Source: Cyanophora paradoxa CCMP329
Taxonomy: Eukaryota > Plantae > Glaucophyta
Reading direction: 5' to 3'
Length of the DNA stretch: 64,000 nucleotides
Assembly: GCA_004431415.1 (NCBI GenBank)
Contig: QPMI01000596.1
Span: 61,047-125,046 of the forward strand
This document shows, piece by piece, positions 37,225 through 48,721 of the stretch. Made by a program: the position numbers and the translations under genes. The notes beneath the pieces were generated by a model. The model ran no database searches. It was not told the DNA's origin and worked only from the letters and a program-made list of their open reading frames with translations. Position 1 is the first letter of the stretch; each line of letters opens with the position of its first letter.

Positions 37225-38344
37225 GTACGCCGCCGCCTGATCTGATCTGATCTGATCTGATTTGATCTGCGGCGCGGCAGGAGAGCGGCGCGGGGCCGGA
37301 GCGCATCCCTTGCACGCGCCCCGCGGGGATGCGGGTCCCCTGGGCCTGAGCGGCTGAGCTGCGGCTCCCCGCGGGCCGTCGCCGGGGGGGGGGGGGGGGA
37401 GGGGGGGAGGGGGGCGGAGAGATCCCCCGCGGCTCCCCGTCGCTGAGCTGGGGGCCTGGCCCCGACCGTCTCTGGCCCCCTGGTCCCTGGGCCTGGTCCC
37501 TGGTCCCCCCCGTCCCCCACATTCGCCTCCCCCCCCCCTCCCCCCCCCCCCCCGGCTCCTCCTGGTCCTTGGGATCCTGAGCGGCTCCCCTGAGCGGCTC
37601 CTGCCGGGCCGGGCCGGGCCGGAGCCCATCCAGTCCCCTGGGCCTGAGCGGCTCCCCGCGGGCCGCCGCTGAGCCCCGCCCCCCCTGACCTGAGCGGCTC
37701 ATGCCGGGCCAGAGCGCATCCCATCCCCTGGGCCTGATCCTGGGCCGTCGCGGAGCTGGCGGGCTGCCACCGGCCCGCCCCCCCTGACATGCTTCATCTC
37801 CCCCGATGGCGGCTCCCTTTACCCCGGCTCCCTTACCCCCGCCTCCCTCCGCCCCCCCCCCCCCTCCCCGTCCCCCCCGTTCGCGGACCTTTCCTGGCCC
37901 TCAGCCCCCCCCCCTTCCCCCCCCCCACCCCTCCTTCCCCGCCACCCCACCCCACCCCAGCCACGTCCTCAGCGGTCTACTGCGCCACCGGCGCAGCGGC
38001 CCGCCTCCAGTACTTATCTAGCTATAGCATAGGTCGGCCTAGATGTAGGAGTAGCATGTAGCCCTCTTTCCGGAGGCTTATGTGAGCAAGGAGGCTTGAT
38101 TTCTTGTCCCCGCCCTAGCTACTCCTATTCTAGATATTTGGTTAGACCTTCCCGTCCTTCCAGCCCTAGGTTTAGGCTAGTATCCATCCGCTCTCTAGAT
38201 CTGTGTTTAATTATAAGATCTGAGAAAATTGATCATGAATATTAATTCATGATCAATCGCAATGAACGATTTTCGGATCTCTAGATGTGTACATATTTTG
38301 CTTGCTGAGATCTGCTATCTTCTGTCTGTAGGGCTTATTCTCTG

Positions 38345-41042
38345 TCAATGTGTAGCGTCATCTAGATCTGTCCAAAACAGAAGGCTCCACTGCGAGGCGG
38401 CGAAGCAGCCGCGAAGGAGGGCGAGGGCGGTGCGCTCGAGGCGCTTCTGGTCCTCCAGCTCAACCTCGACAACAAGTCCCTCGACATCGGTGCATATGTA
38501 CACCCAGAGACGAAGCCGAGGACCCAGGGGCGCAAGGACGGTAAGTCGCGCAATGTCGGCCTCGGACGAGACCAGAGCGAAGAGAGTGAGGTTGCCGGCG
38601 TCCTTAAGGGCGCCGGCGAGGGCCCGCAGGAGCGCAGGGCGCTCCGCGGCTGGCACCTGCCGGAGCTTGGTTTGAATGGTAAGGCCCGGCCAGGCCGGCA
38701 GCGCAGCCAGCGCCAGGACCCCAGATTCTTCGCTCGCCTGCAGATACGTATACGTGAGAAATCAGGTGAGGTCCGTGAACGCGGGCCAACGCATGCGCAC
38801 GTGAATTGTGCAGCGGCGGAGGAGGGGCCGCAGGTCGCCCACCAGATTCACCGCGTGGATTAACTTCTCCCGATTGTACGGTTCAGCCTGCGGCGTGCAC
38901 ATTAAATCAGCTTCGGGCACGTGCACATCGATATCGGTAAAACCTAGCCTAGTAGAAGGCAGGCTGGGCGGGGTACAGTCCACGGTCGGGCGGGTACAAC
39001 GCATGGCCGGAGGGTACGGACCTCGAGATCGACGGCGAGGCCGGGAATCGACGCCAGTGCGGCGACGAAGGGCTGAACGTTCATGTTCACGAACACGTTG
39101 CGGATGCTGCGCATGCGCAAGGCGTCCGTCAACCCATGCGCAGGGTGAAGGCAGCACTCCGCTCGCCCGGGGTCCGAACCTCATTGAGAGCTCTTTGAGG
39201 CCAGTTAGCGCTAGCCGCGCGAGGGGCGCAGCGCAATGGAAGAAAGACTCTAATGGCTGTCCTTCCATATACACATATACCTTCGCATCTTCCAGTCAGA
39301 ACAGGCTAACAGCGACGGCACGAATCGGCTCAAGCCTGCCGCACCGCTAGCGACAGACTTTCCAGAGCCGTGAGCCGCGCCAAAGCCTCATAAATACGTC
39401 CGATGGACTCCGAGGTCAGCTCGCGCCACGGGGCGATGTCGCTAACATTGACACAAAGCTTGCGGACCACCTGCGCATGCGCGAGAACGGGTTATAATCA
39501 ACTAATCAAAACGCTATTATCCACATTATCATGTTCTCCAAAAGTTAGCTAGCGCTTTTTGGTTTGGTGCGCATGCCAGCGCGCACCTGTGCAGCGCGGA
39601 CAGAGCCTGTGAAGGCTTAAAAGCTTCCAGAGACTCCACATATACAGAGCTGGAAACGGTGTCAGCTGTGAATTCGCCTTCCTCGTGAGATGCTCCCTGG
39701 GGTGTCCTCGTACGCGTTAGCTCTGCTGTTATAGAAAAGTCACGCCGCTTATATTATTTAATGATAGAAATTAAGAAATTAAAGGCACGCGGGCGTATAC
39801 GTATACGTATACGTATGAGTGCTTCTACAAAACTATAATCAATATCAATATATGTCAATATTATAATCAATATATATACGCTTCCCGTGCACCTGCCACT
39901 TAATACTCAGATCGATTCTGTCCAATTGGGGGTGCCCGAAAAACAGATGCGCTGCCCGGCGGAGGTGGTCGACGGGTACGCCGACGCTGATCGAGCGGAG
40001 GGCGGGGAGGGCGCGGAGGAGTGTCCGGATGTACTCGGCGCCAACGGGGTACGGGAGGCTGAGGTGCTGGAGCGAAGTGAAGAGGGCGAGGGCGGCATCG
40101 GTAATGCCATCCTCGTTGCAAATGAAGTCCTTCCAGGCGAAGAACCAGCCGTTTTGCGTCAGGTCTCGCCCGAGTTCGAGCTGGTGTCGAACCACATTCG
40201 AAGTCAGTCAGTCTGCAGCTTGGCAAGAGGGAGCACATATAAACAGAGAGCAAGGCAGACGCATCGCGGCCGCACCCGTGTCAGGTTCGGCATCACTCCG
40301 AACGCGGTGAGGAGAGCCGCGATGCGCGGATACGACGCATCAAACTTGGTATGTATTACACTACTGAACTCTTCCGTCTCCGCGCGCGTTGCGCAACGGA
40401 ACTCGACGCGCGCGGTTTCGATCGATGGCGACGCACGTGCAAGGCTCGAGACGATCTCGATCGCCGCGTACGCCTCCTCGATCAAATACTGCGAGTAGGA
40501 GCTGAGGCGGAGGCGCATGCGCAGCGCCCGCGCGCTGCCCCACGCCGCGAAGCCGGCCTCCGGGTGCAGCGATGCCAGCACGCGATTCAGCCGCTGCATG
40601 TGCTCCGCGCTGAACTGGGCGCGCGCTGCATCGTCGTCCATCGCCTCCAACGCCTGAATCTTCGCCTTGGGGGGCGCGAGGTCGAGCTCGTCCCACACGA
40701 CGGTCCGCAGGACGCGCCGTAGCCGCCGGCAGACCTGGTAGGGGCGGCACTGCGCATCGAGATCGTCCGGGACACGTGCGCGTCAGAAGAGGCCGCGGCC
40801 GCGCGCGGATTTGATTCGATGTCGGACGGGAGCGGGCGCGCGGGGCGCACGAGGAGGACGTCTCGGAGGCCGATGGAGCGGACGATGTGCACGAGCAGCT
40901 CGTCCGGGAGCGCGTCCAGCCGCGGCTCGGCGCCGGCGGAGCTCGCGCTGACGTCCGAGCTCGCGCTCGAGGCAGCCGCGGCCGCAGCCGCGGCGCTGGC
41001 GGAATCGGAGCGCGCCCGCTTATGCGCCCGCTCGTGCTCCAT
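38345..41042 (-). CDS. F-box protein with LRR-like C-terminal region, multi-exon
   Basis: RLDALPDELLVHIVRSIGLRDVLL-[intron]-VCRRLRRV is an F-box. Later exons contain LQHLSLP, LPALRSISV and LTGLKELSM. Confidence 0.75.
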
Positions 41043-41648
41043 CTGCGAAGAATGCGTCCACGCGGAGAATGGGCGGGCGAAGACTCGATGCACGCGCGGG
41101 AAGCGAGTGGAGAGTTCCCGGCTGCGTGCGCAAAGCGCCGATCGGCACACTTGGCGCTGGAAGCCGCTGGACGTCGGGGGGGCTAATCTGCGCAGTACCC
41201 CCCAGGCGGCATCGCGCGCGAAGAAGCCACGCCCCATCGCGCGCGTTTTCCTGTTATGATGATACCGATTCTTCAGTCAGAGAGCGTATGTGGCGTAGCT
41301 AGAGCCCGCGCGCACGGGAGTCGGCCCGCGTCGAATCGCATGAGCCAGGAAACGCAAGCAGCCCTAATCGTGATCGCTCCCCGGTACAGCAGCATTGCGC
41401 CATTTCCCAATGATTCCCGTAGAGATCGATCTGGACGCGTGGCCTTTGTCCTTTCGCGGTTCGGGCCTCGATCCGCTGTCGGGTTAACGTTCTTAGGTAG
41501 AGCACCGTAGAGCCCGCTGGACTCTTCGGCTCTTTCTCCGGCGCGTTGAGGCTGGGCCGCGGCTTCGGCGCTGCGGTGTTCCGCTTGGCTCGGTTTTAAG
41601 GCAGCAAAGCGTGAAGTCAGCTGCTGCTGCAGCGGTCGGCGGGCAGAG

Positions 41649-43438
41649 ATGGCATCTCCGCGGTGCGGCCCGGTGCTCTGGCCATCTTTGGCGCCGGTGG
41701 GTCTGCAAGGCGTGCGTGCTCCCATTGTCTCTGGGCGGGGCCGCCGCTGGACTGGCTCGCTGGACTGGAGCGGCTCGCCCGATGGCGATGGCGACTGCTG
41801 CAGCTGGTGCGGGTTTTCGTCCTTTCAGCCCCGAGCCCCTGATCCTCCGATGCCGATGCCGCACCTGCGATCGCAGGTCAATCAAAGAACGCTTTTCGGC
41901 CGCTGCCGATGCGTGCGACGGCATCCCGTCCGCCGGAGCCGGGGCGGGGGCGATCCCTGCGGGTTCCGAGCATTCCGACGGGGAGCTGGAGGACCACGAA
42001 ACCGATCTGGCGGATTCCGAATTCGATCGCGCGGGCCGCGACCGCGCCGCCGCGGCCCTGGCGGCCGCCGAGGCGCTCCTCCGAGTCGCCCCGCGGCCGG
42101 AGCCCGCGGCCGCTCCGAAGGAGGCCGATCCCGCCAAGCAGGATCAGGATCTCAAGCGTAAGCCTTCGAATAGCGGGTGAGCGGCGCTGCTTCTCACGCC
42201 CGCCCGCGCCCACCCGCCCGCCGCGTGTTTGACCGGACGATCGCGCCCGCTCGCAGCGAGCCGCGCTGGGCGGCGCTGGCGCCGGGCCCGGCCCTCCGCG
42301 ACGATCTCTTGGTGCTTCGCCTCCAGTTCTCCGGATCCGACGACGCGGTGAGCCCGGAACAAACGAGCGAACGAACATAGAGCGAAGCGCCCGTCTTTCG
42401 CTCGGACCGAAGCGAACGTTCGAATTCGCAGGCGAGCCCGCCGGGGACTTCGGGCCCGCCCTCGCTGGTCGCCTCCGCCGCCGGCACCACCGCCGCCTCC
42501 TCCTTCGCCGCCAGCCTCGCCTCCGGCCCGTCGCGCCCCTCCGGATCCGGGGTACGCCTGCTTCCGATCTGAAGCTTCGCCTCGCTTGGCTCAGGTTCGA
42601 GTCCCGCAGGGGTGGTTCTCGTGGTTCAGCGGAGGGCGCGGCTGGGGCGGCGGCGCGCGGGACGGGCCCCTCACCCTAAGCGCCCGCGCCGCCCGCGCCG
42701 CCTCCGTCGAAGCCGCCGCCGCCGCCGCGGCTGTGGACACGTGCACGGCCTCCGGCTCCGGCTCCGCCTCCGCCTCTGCCTTCGCCGCCCCGGGCGATCC
42801 GAAATCCCAGTCGCAGCAGCCCCCGTGCCCCTCGGATCCCCTCACCAAGCCCGTCGCCGCGCGGTCGGGGCAGCCGCAGGTGCCCACCTGCCCCTCCCCT
42901 CGAGCTCCTTTCTGCCTCGCTGACTCTGGCAAAGCAGCTTGGGCCCAACGCGCTGCTGCAGGCGATGGGACCGCCCCTCCTCCGCACCAGCGCCTCCCAA
43001 GTCCGTTCAACCCCCCACCTCCCCCCCCCTCCCCCTGCGCCGGCCCCCCGCCTCCGCCTGAGCGCTGGACTCGCTCGGAGTGTCTAGCCCCGGACGCTTC
43101 TCCCCCCCCTCCTCCCCCCCCCCCCCCACCTTCTTCTCCTTCCTTCCTTGATAAGATCTCTTGATAAGACGCCGTACTTGGACCCAGACGTACCCTCCCT
43201 GTCGTCACGTCGCTCCCGCGCCCGATCCAAAAGAAAATTAAACAGACCCGCTCCCCCTTCGTACCCCCCTCTGACGCGGCCGCGTCCCGCGCAGCGGCGG
43301 GAGCGGCCGCAGCGGGCGCGGGAGACCGACCGTGACGTCACGACCTGGCTCCTCTCCGTCACCGGGGGCGCGCCCTTCCGCCCCCACATCCTCGCGTCGT
43401 ACAGGGCGGCCCGGGGCGCCTTCGATTCGCGCCCGTGA
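41649..43438 (+). CDS. Possible multi-exon hypothetical host protein
   Basis: Plausible exons SIKERFSAAADACDG...DQDLKRKPSNS and RRERPQRARETDRDVTTWLLSVTGGAPFRPHILASYRAARGAFDSRP*, with host-style splice sites. No recognisable domain. Confidence 0.3.
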
Positions 43439-44135
43439 TCGGGATCGCGATCGGGATCGGCCGCGGGATGCATATGGCGGCTTCGTGTTCCGAGGCGAGG
43501 GCCATGGCCGCCCGTCCCCTCGGCTTGGTTTTAGATGGCCACTAGGTGCTTATAGCTAGGGGCCACAGTTTTGTTTGTTTTCGACGCCCGGATCTCTTAG
43601 ATCGAATGTAGCGGTGTCGGTTTTTTGGTAGATCCTCTACGCCCCTGGATGGCAAGATACGCATCGGGCCATGCAATCTGTTCTTCGTAGATAGAGAAGT
43701 AGCGAGCGAGCTCGAGTCCGATTTCGTAGCTATTCGTTGTAGCGCTGACCTTTTGGATGTCTCGATATATATAGGAGGGCCATCAATGGGCCAAACGCGA
43801 AAAGGCAACTCCGAGAGCTCGAGACTCGGAAGTGACGCTTGGATTGCGGAGGTTCTTATAACCGCCGCAACAGCTGTGGGGGTACCCCCTCCGAGGCTGG
43901 CGATCGCGGCGATCGCGACCCGATCGCGACCCTGGTGATCGCGACTTTCTCCCGATCGCGACCCTTTTCGATCGCGATTTCGAGATCGGGGGCATTTCTG
44001 CGATCGCGAGAAAGGAAAAATCGGAAAAGGCCGAAAAGTGCGTTTTTCACGCGTGAAATCGACCGAAAACGAGGGTTCGAATCCCGGGCCCGGATTTGGA
44101 CTTGGGCAAAATCTCGGACTGAAATGGGAGAAAAA

Positions 44136-44189
44136 TGGGACCTGGGACTTGGGACTTGGGACTTGGGACTTGGGACTTGGGACTTGGGA
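44136..44189 (+). repeat. (TGGGACT)n array 1, 8 GGG tracts
   Basis: Directly visible; followed by AGAGTTGGAATCAGAGTCTGG. Confidence 0.95.
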
Positions 44190-44287
44190 AGAGTTGGAAT
44201 CAGAGTCTGGACTCAAAACGGGGAAATTTTCGGAGGGGGAGAAAAATGTCAGGCAATCTCTATTACGATTTCCCCTTTGAGTTGCAT

Positions 44288-44695
44288 ATGGCATTCGAGA
44301 GGCTGCGCGAGTTCTGGCGTTGGCACCTCACAGGACATGACATTCCCGACATAACACCAGAGCCCAACACACAGGGCGTGCTTGAAGTCATCCGTCAATA
44401 TCCGCGTCGATTCAATGAATGGATCGAGTTCCACGCAACGAACCGTTTCCAGAGTCTCCCCGAGGCCATACGCGAAAATTTCGTGAGGCTGGTGGGACCA
44501 GGCTACGACAACCCTAACAATCATAGACCACGCCCAGCTGGCGTGACGCGCGAAGCTCGAGAAGACCGTAGACTTTTCCGCAGGGAATTGAGAGAGGATA
44601 GACGGAGGCTTTCAATGGGGCTCCCGCAGATTGTGAGGGGTACAGCCCGGATTACGAGACTTACCAAGAATTGTACGGCTTCGAAAATCCTTTGA
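44288..44695 (+). CDS. Viral hypothetical protein
   Basis: Open frame MAFERLREFWRWHLTGHDIP...; preceded by the element's TTTC-at-minus-16 motif. Confidence 0.55.
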   Translation: MAFERLREFWRWHLTGHDIPDITPEPNTQGVLEVIRQYPRRFNEWIEFHATNRFQSLPEAIRENFVRLVGPGYDNPNNHRPRPAGVTREAREDRRLFRRELREDRRRLSMGLPQIVRGTARITRLTKNCTASKIL

Positions 44696-45049
44696 GAGGG
44701 TACTACCAGGGTGAGGGGCCAGGGGGGCCCTGAGGGTGTACCCCCATCCGAGACTCGACCTTCGGCGGACGCACTCGGGCAATTTCCGTCAGGCCGGCTC
44801 CTTTTTCTGTCTTCGGTCCAACGCTAAATTTGGCTTTTTCAGGCCAGTTGGCAACGTTTTCCGTTGCGAACTAGCCCAGGAAAAAATTCGCCCACAAAAC
44901 CGCGGTCCGCCGCCATTTTGCCTCACTCTTGAAACGGGTTCGCCGCCTTCTCTCAGCCCAAGGAAACCCTGCCTCTCCGAATTTTCACAAGTCCGCCCTC
45001 ACAGTCACCTCACGTTTTGCCTTTGCTGATTTCTTTTCCCTTTGCGCAG

Positions 45050-46113
45050 ATGTCGATTCCCGCTGAGCTTGCCGAGGACTTCGCCTTTGTCCAAGCAACG
45101 TGGGCTAACTCCGGTGGCACTCAAGGGCTACCCCTGAGATGGAGCAGCGCGCCGACGCTCTGGGGTACATCTACAATTATGCCATCTTACGCGCCACTGG
45201 CCCCGAAGTGCAACTTCTCCCAAGTCCGCCTTCACGTCCAAGGCCAAGAAATCCAAGTCCAAGCAACCCAAGCCCGAGCCCCCGTCGACGTGCCCCCGTC
45301 CCCGGCTGGGTCAAGACCGCCAACGGCTGGGGCGACCCCAAGCTTTTCGCCGAGTCTGCTGCCGAGACGCTCGCCTGGGCCTACCCCCTCAAGTCTTCAC
45401 GAATTACCCCCCTCCGTCATCGTCGTCATCTGCCCTCAGCCCGTCGCCGAGCCCGCCCCGAGCCCGCCGATGACGCCAAGTCCGAGGCCTCTGACGTCGA
45501 GTCTGACATCAACGACTTCATCGACTTTGACGTGCCGATTCCATACGACTCTGAGTCGTCTTCTGACTCTGAAGGCGACAACGAAAACCCGACTCGCAAG
45601 CGCCGCATTATCAAGACCAAGTCAATCGTCAAGAAGAAGTTCATGGAGACTACGTCATTCACCGACAACTCCGAGCGCGTCAAGGACCCCGCCAAGGCAC
45701 ACGAGAAGGACTTGAAGCTCGGCGCCGGCATTGCCCGTTCTCGCGTGACGTCACACTACAGCGAGCGCCTGACTCAGCACGTCAAGACCATTGAGAAGCG
45801 CGTCCTCTGCAACGAGCTCCGCAAGGAGTTGGAGCGCAAGCGGCGCCACGAGCGCCTTGTCCAGTACCAGATCAACAAGGCGCGGATCGCCGAGCGCAAG
45901 CAGAAGGAGGCGGCCGAGCTCAAGGCGCGCATCGAGGCTCAGCAGCAGCGCGAGGCAGAGGCGGCAGCGGCCTTGGCGGCGCAGCGCGAGCGCGAGCGGC
46001 AGGACTTGGTGCAGGCAGCGCAGTCCCTTCCCCGCATTCCCCTTAAGTCGGCGCCCGAGGGCCTCATTGAGTTGGTTTCCGATGACGATGACTCTGACTT
46101 TGAGATGCTGTAA
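45050..46113 (+). CDS. Viral hypothetical protein with acidic patch and coiled-coil C-terminus (frameshifted)
   Basis: MSIPAELAEDFAFVQATW...(fs)EMEQRADALGYIYNYAILR...DVESDINDFIDFDV...ELRKELERKRRHERL...DDDDSDFEML*; strong GC3 coding bias. Confidence 0.7.
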
Positions 46114-46186
46114 ATAGTATTGCGTCATTCCATTGTACATACTTGTAAAAATTGGCCGACTATTCAGTTACGACTTGGCGCGATCC

Positions 46187-46240
46187 TGGGACTTGGGACT
46201 TGGGACTTGGGACTTGGGACTTGGGACTTGGGACTTGGGA
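46187..46240 (+). repeat. (TGGGACT)n array 2, 8 GGG tracts
   Basis: Directly visible; followed by AGAGTTAGACTCAGGGTCTGG. Confidence 0.95.
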
Positions 46241-46525
46241 AGAGTTAGACTCAGGGTCTGGGCCCAGAATCTCTCTGGATCTGAGAGTTTGCCGCGCCAA
46301 GTCCCTAACCACCGGGCAGACATGTAGAGGGGTACGGAAATCTGCATATGACGTTTCTGGTGACATTCCAGGTGAGATTTCAAGCGAGGTAGAGTCTGAA
46401 CTGGTGTACGACTTGTAGCATGATACTGGACATGAAAGCTCACGAGAGTATGCAACCGAAAACGGATGTGAAGAGGGTAGGAGTTTTCGTGTGAGATGTC
46501 GAGAGAAGGAGGGTACGAGATGGGA

Positions 46526-46601
46526 TACGAGTAAAAAAGACTACGAGTAAAAAAGACTACGAGTAAAAAAGAGTATGAGGAGTGGTAGGAGTAAAAAAGT
46601 C
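46526..46601 (+). repeat. 16-bp iteron-like direct repeats TACGAGTAAAAAAGAC (3 tandem plus 1 spaced variant)
   Basis: Copies at 46526, 46542, 46558 and 46586. Confidence 0.85.
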
Positions 46602-46680
46602 GGTAGAAAAACTCACCTGACTTGTCTGACAAATTTCTGATCCTGGAGAAAGTCTGGGCCGGGACCTGGGTTTCAACTCT

Positions 46681-46797
46681 TCCCAAGTCCCAAGTCCCAA
46701 GTCCCAAGTCCCAAGTCCCAAGTCCCAAGTCCAAGTCCAAGTCCCAAGTCCCAAGTCCCAAGTCCCAAGTCCCAAGTCCCAAGTCCCAAGTCCCAGG
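46681..46797 (-). repeat. (TGGGACT)n array 3 in inverted orientation, ~17 units
   Basis: (TCCCAAG)7 (TCCAAG)2 (TCCCAAG)7 TCCCAGG on the + strand. Confidence 0.95.
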
Positions 46798-46818
46798 TTT
46801 TTCTGAACCTAGGGCAAA

Positions 46819-47183
46819 ATGGCCCTGCTCCGGTGCACCGACTCGCAAGACGTCGCCTACAACGTCCTGGTCAACTCGGACGTACCCCGAGTGCCTTGGA
46901 GTTTCCCTGGAGAGTGGACAGGGACAGGGTGAGCAAGACGTTTGGAGGGCGCAAGCACTACCTCTCCCAGCTGATCCTCGGGAAGTCGCCACGTGGACGC
47001 TACGTGGAACACATCAACGGCAACCCGCTGGACTACAGGAGGGAGAACCTGCGCTGGGCATCAATGTCGGAGATTCGCAAGAAGAGGAGGGGGTACGCCA
47101 ATTTACAGGAGAAGAGCGAGGAGATTCGGGAGATGATGGAGGCGACACAGGTGCTAATGCAGCTTAGCCAGTCTAGACGCTAG
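46819..47183 (+). CDS. HNH endonuclease-like protein (frameshifted near the 5' end)
   Basis: HYLSQLILGKSPRGRYVEHINGNPLDYRRENLRWAS matches the phage-type HNH pattern VDHINGNxLDNRxxNLRW. Confidence 0.75.
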
Positions 47184-47981
47184 TGGTGTGAATCTTGGTG
47201 TCGTACTCGCGACCGACCGTTTCCCAGGCCACGTAAACTTCGGCTCCGGCGCCTGGCGCTGTCGAGTTGGTAGTCGCAGTCGTGTAGTCCGCCTCTGCCT
47301 CAATTAGTTCGGCCATGAGGGTAGAGCCCACGACCATTCCAGAGGTAGGCATTCCGGCGATGTTGTTGTACAATTTGAAAGTGAATTTCGTGAAGAGGAG
47401 CCGGGCCAGACCTGGGTACGGGGATTCGAGGCGCCGTATGAATAATCGGTACCCGAGGCGCCGCCCGTGGTGGCATTCGTCATCATCTCCTTTGCGGTCA
47501 TCTTCCAGAGGTTGTACATCTCAAAGGGAACGGCCTGCGTGGTCTTGTGTGTGGCATCGATGAGGGCGCCATCTAAATGCGTTTTGATGTTCGGATTCGC
47601 ACCATTCCCGAATTTGCGAGTGAGGGCGGTGTTAGCGGTGAACTTGAGTTCGAGCACGCGAATGGCGGGCCGATCAGGCACAGAGGGCTCTATCTTTTTC
47701 AGGAGGCCGAGAGCCAGAGCGCCTCCGCCTCATCCGCGCTCACGCCCGAGTCGATGTCAAAGTACACGTACACGGAGCAGGAGGCGGGATTCTCGAAATC
47801 GTTGGAGGTGACGCGCAACATGACGGGATTCTGGACCCTCACGGTGAGCGGGTGGCGTAGTTTCCGTCCCACTCCACCTTGTCCGTCCCTGCGTTGGCCA
47901 CGTTCCCAGCGTTGCCGTAGAAATCGGGACGATCGAGCCGGCAGACACGGTCTTCACGATGGTGGCCGAGGTGGTCGGCAT
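47173..47981 (-). CDS. Putative virion structural protein, paralogue B (frameshifted)
   Basis: MPTTSATIVKTVSAGSIVP...VQNPVMLRVTSNDF..VYVYFDID...KKIEPSVPDRPAIRVLELKFTANT...; beta-rich and similar to the adjacent gene. Confidence 0.5.
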
Positions 47982-48004
47982 TTTGCGACCTCAAATGAGA
48001 AAGA

Positions 48005-48683
48005 TTATCCGTGAAAGAGGGTGATGTCGCCACCGATGTTCATGACGCGGGCCCCAGGCACAGAGTCAGCGTCGGTGCCGTACGCGTAGGAAATCGAGCA
48101 CTCACGCAGCTCCGCGCAGAGGCTGGCGCCCGTGCTGAAGTGGGGCTGGTCGGCGGCGTAGGAGAGGGGGAAGACCTGGAACCTGAAAAAGGTGAAGGGG
48201 AAGCGGGGTAGAGTCGAGCCGCGTGGGTTGCCGCCCGTGTAGAGGGCCCCAGGGTCGCGGGACTTGGATTGAATTTCGTGAAGAGCACGTCGCCCTTGAG
48301 CGTACCCCTCATCTGGTAAGTTCCCGTACCCGGAAGATTCGAAGAACTGGGGTACCGGTTCACGGTGGGGCCGTACCCCGTCTCCCTGAACTTGACCTCG
48401 AGACAGCGCAAGACGTTGGCAGTGGCCGTGGCAGGTGCCACCTTTTTCACGAGTCCTGATTCGTGCAGCAGCTCGATAACCTCTGCGCTGAGGCTCAGAG
48501 GTCGAAGAAGAGCTGGTAGGAATAAATCTTGGGCGTGGCGTAGGCGTTCTGAACGACCTGAATCACGACGGGATTCTGCAGAAAGACGTCGACGTAACTG
48601 CCGGAGGGTATGCGTGCGAAATCCTTGGTGTTGTTGCCAACGTCAAGTGAGCCGCTGAGGGTCTGGTACCAGTTGGAAGTCAT
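48005..48683 (-). CDS. Putative virion structural protein, paralogue A (frameshifted)
   Basis: MTSNWYQTLSGSLDVG...LQNPVVIQVVQNAY..YSYQLFFDL...KKVAPATATANVLRCLEVKFRET...DITLFHG*. Confidence 0.5.
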
Positions 48684-48721
48684 TTACCCGGGGCAGATAT
48701 TTTTTCGGATCGTAGAGGAAA

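Noticed and set aside
1-43500. Naming the host species
   Set aside because: The gene style is compatible with GC-rich algae such as glaucophytes, but this cannot be established without a BLAST of RPL23 or MAD2.
44136-46797. CRISPR array or true chromosome end
   Set aside because: The 7-bp units have no spacers and no cas genes are present. The arrays are short, internal and in both orientations.
43542-46992. ORFs containing SQVPSPK or WDLGLGT repeats
   Set aside because: These are translations of the stop-free heptamer arrays, not credible proteins.
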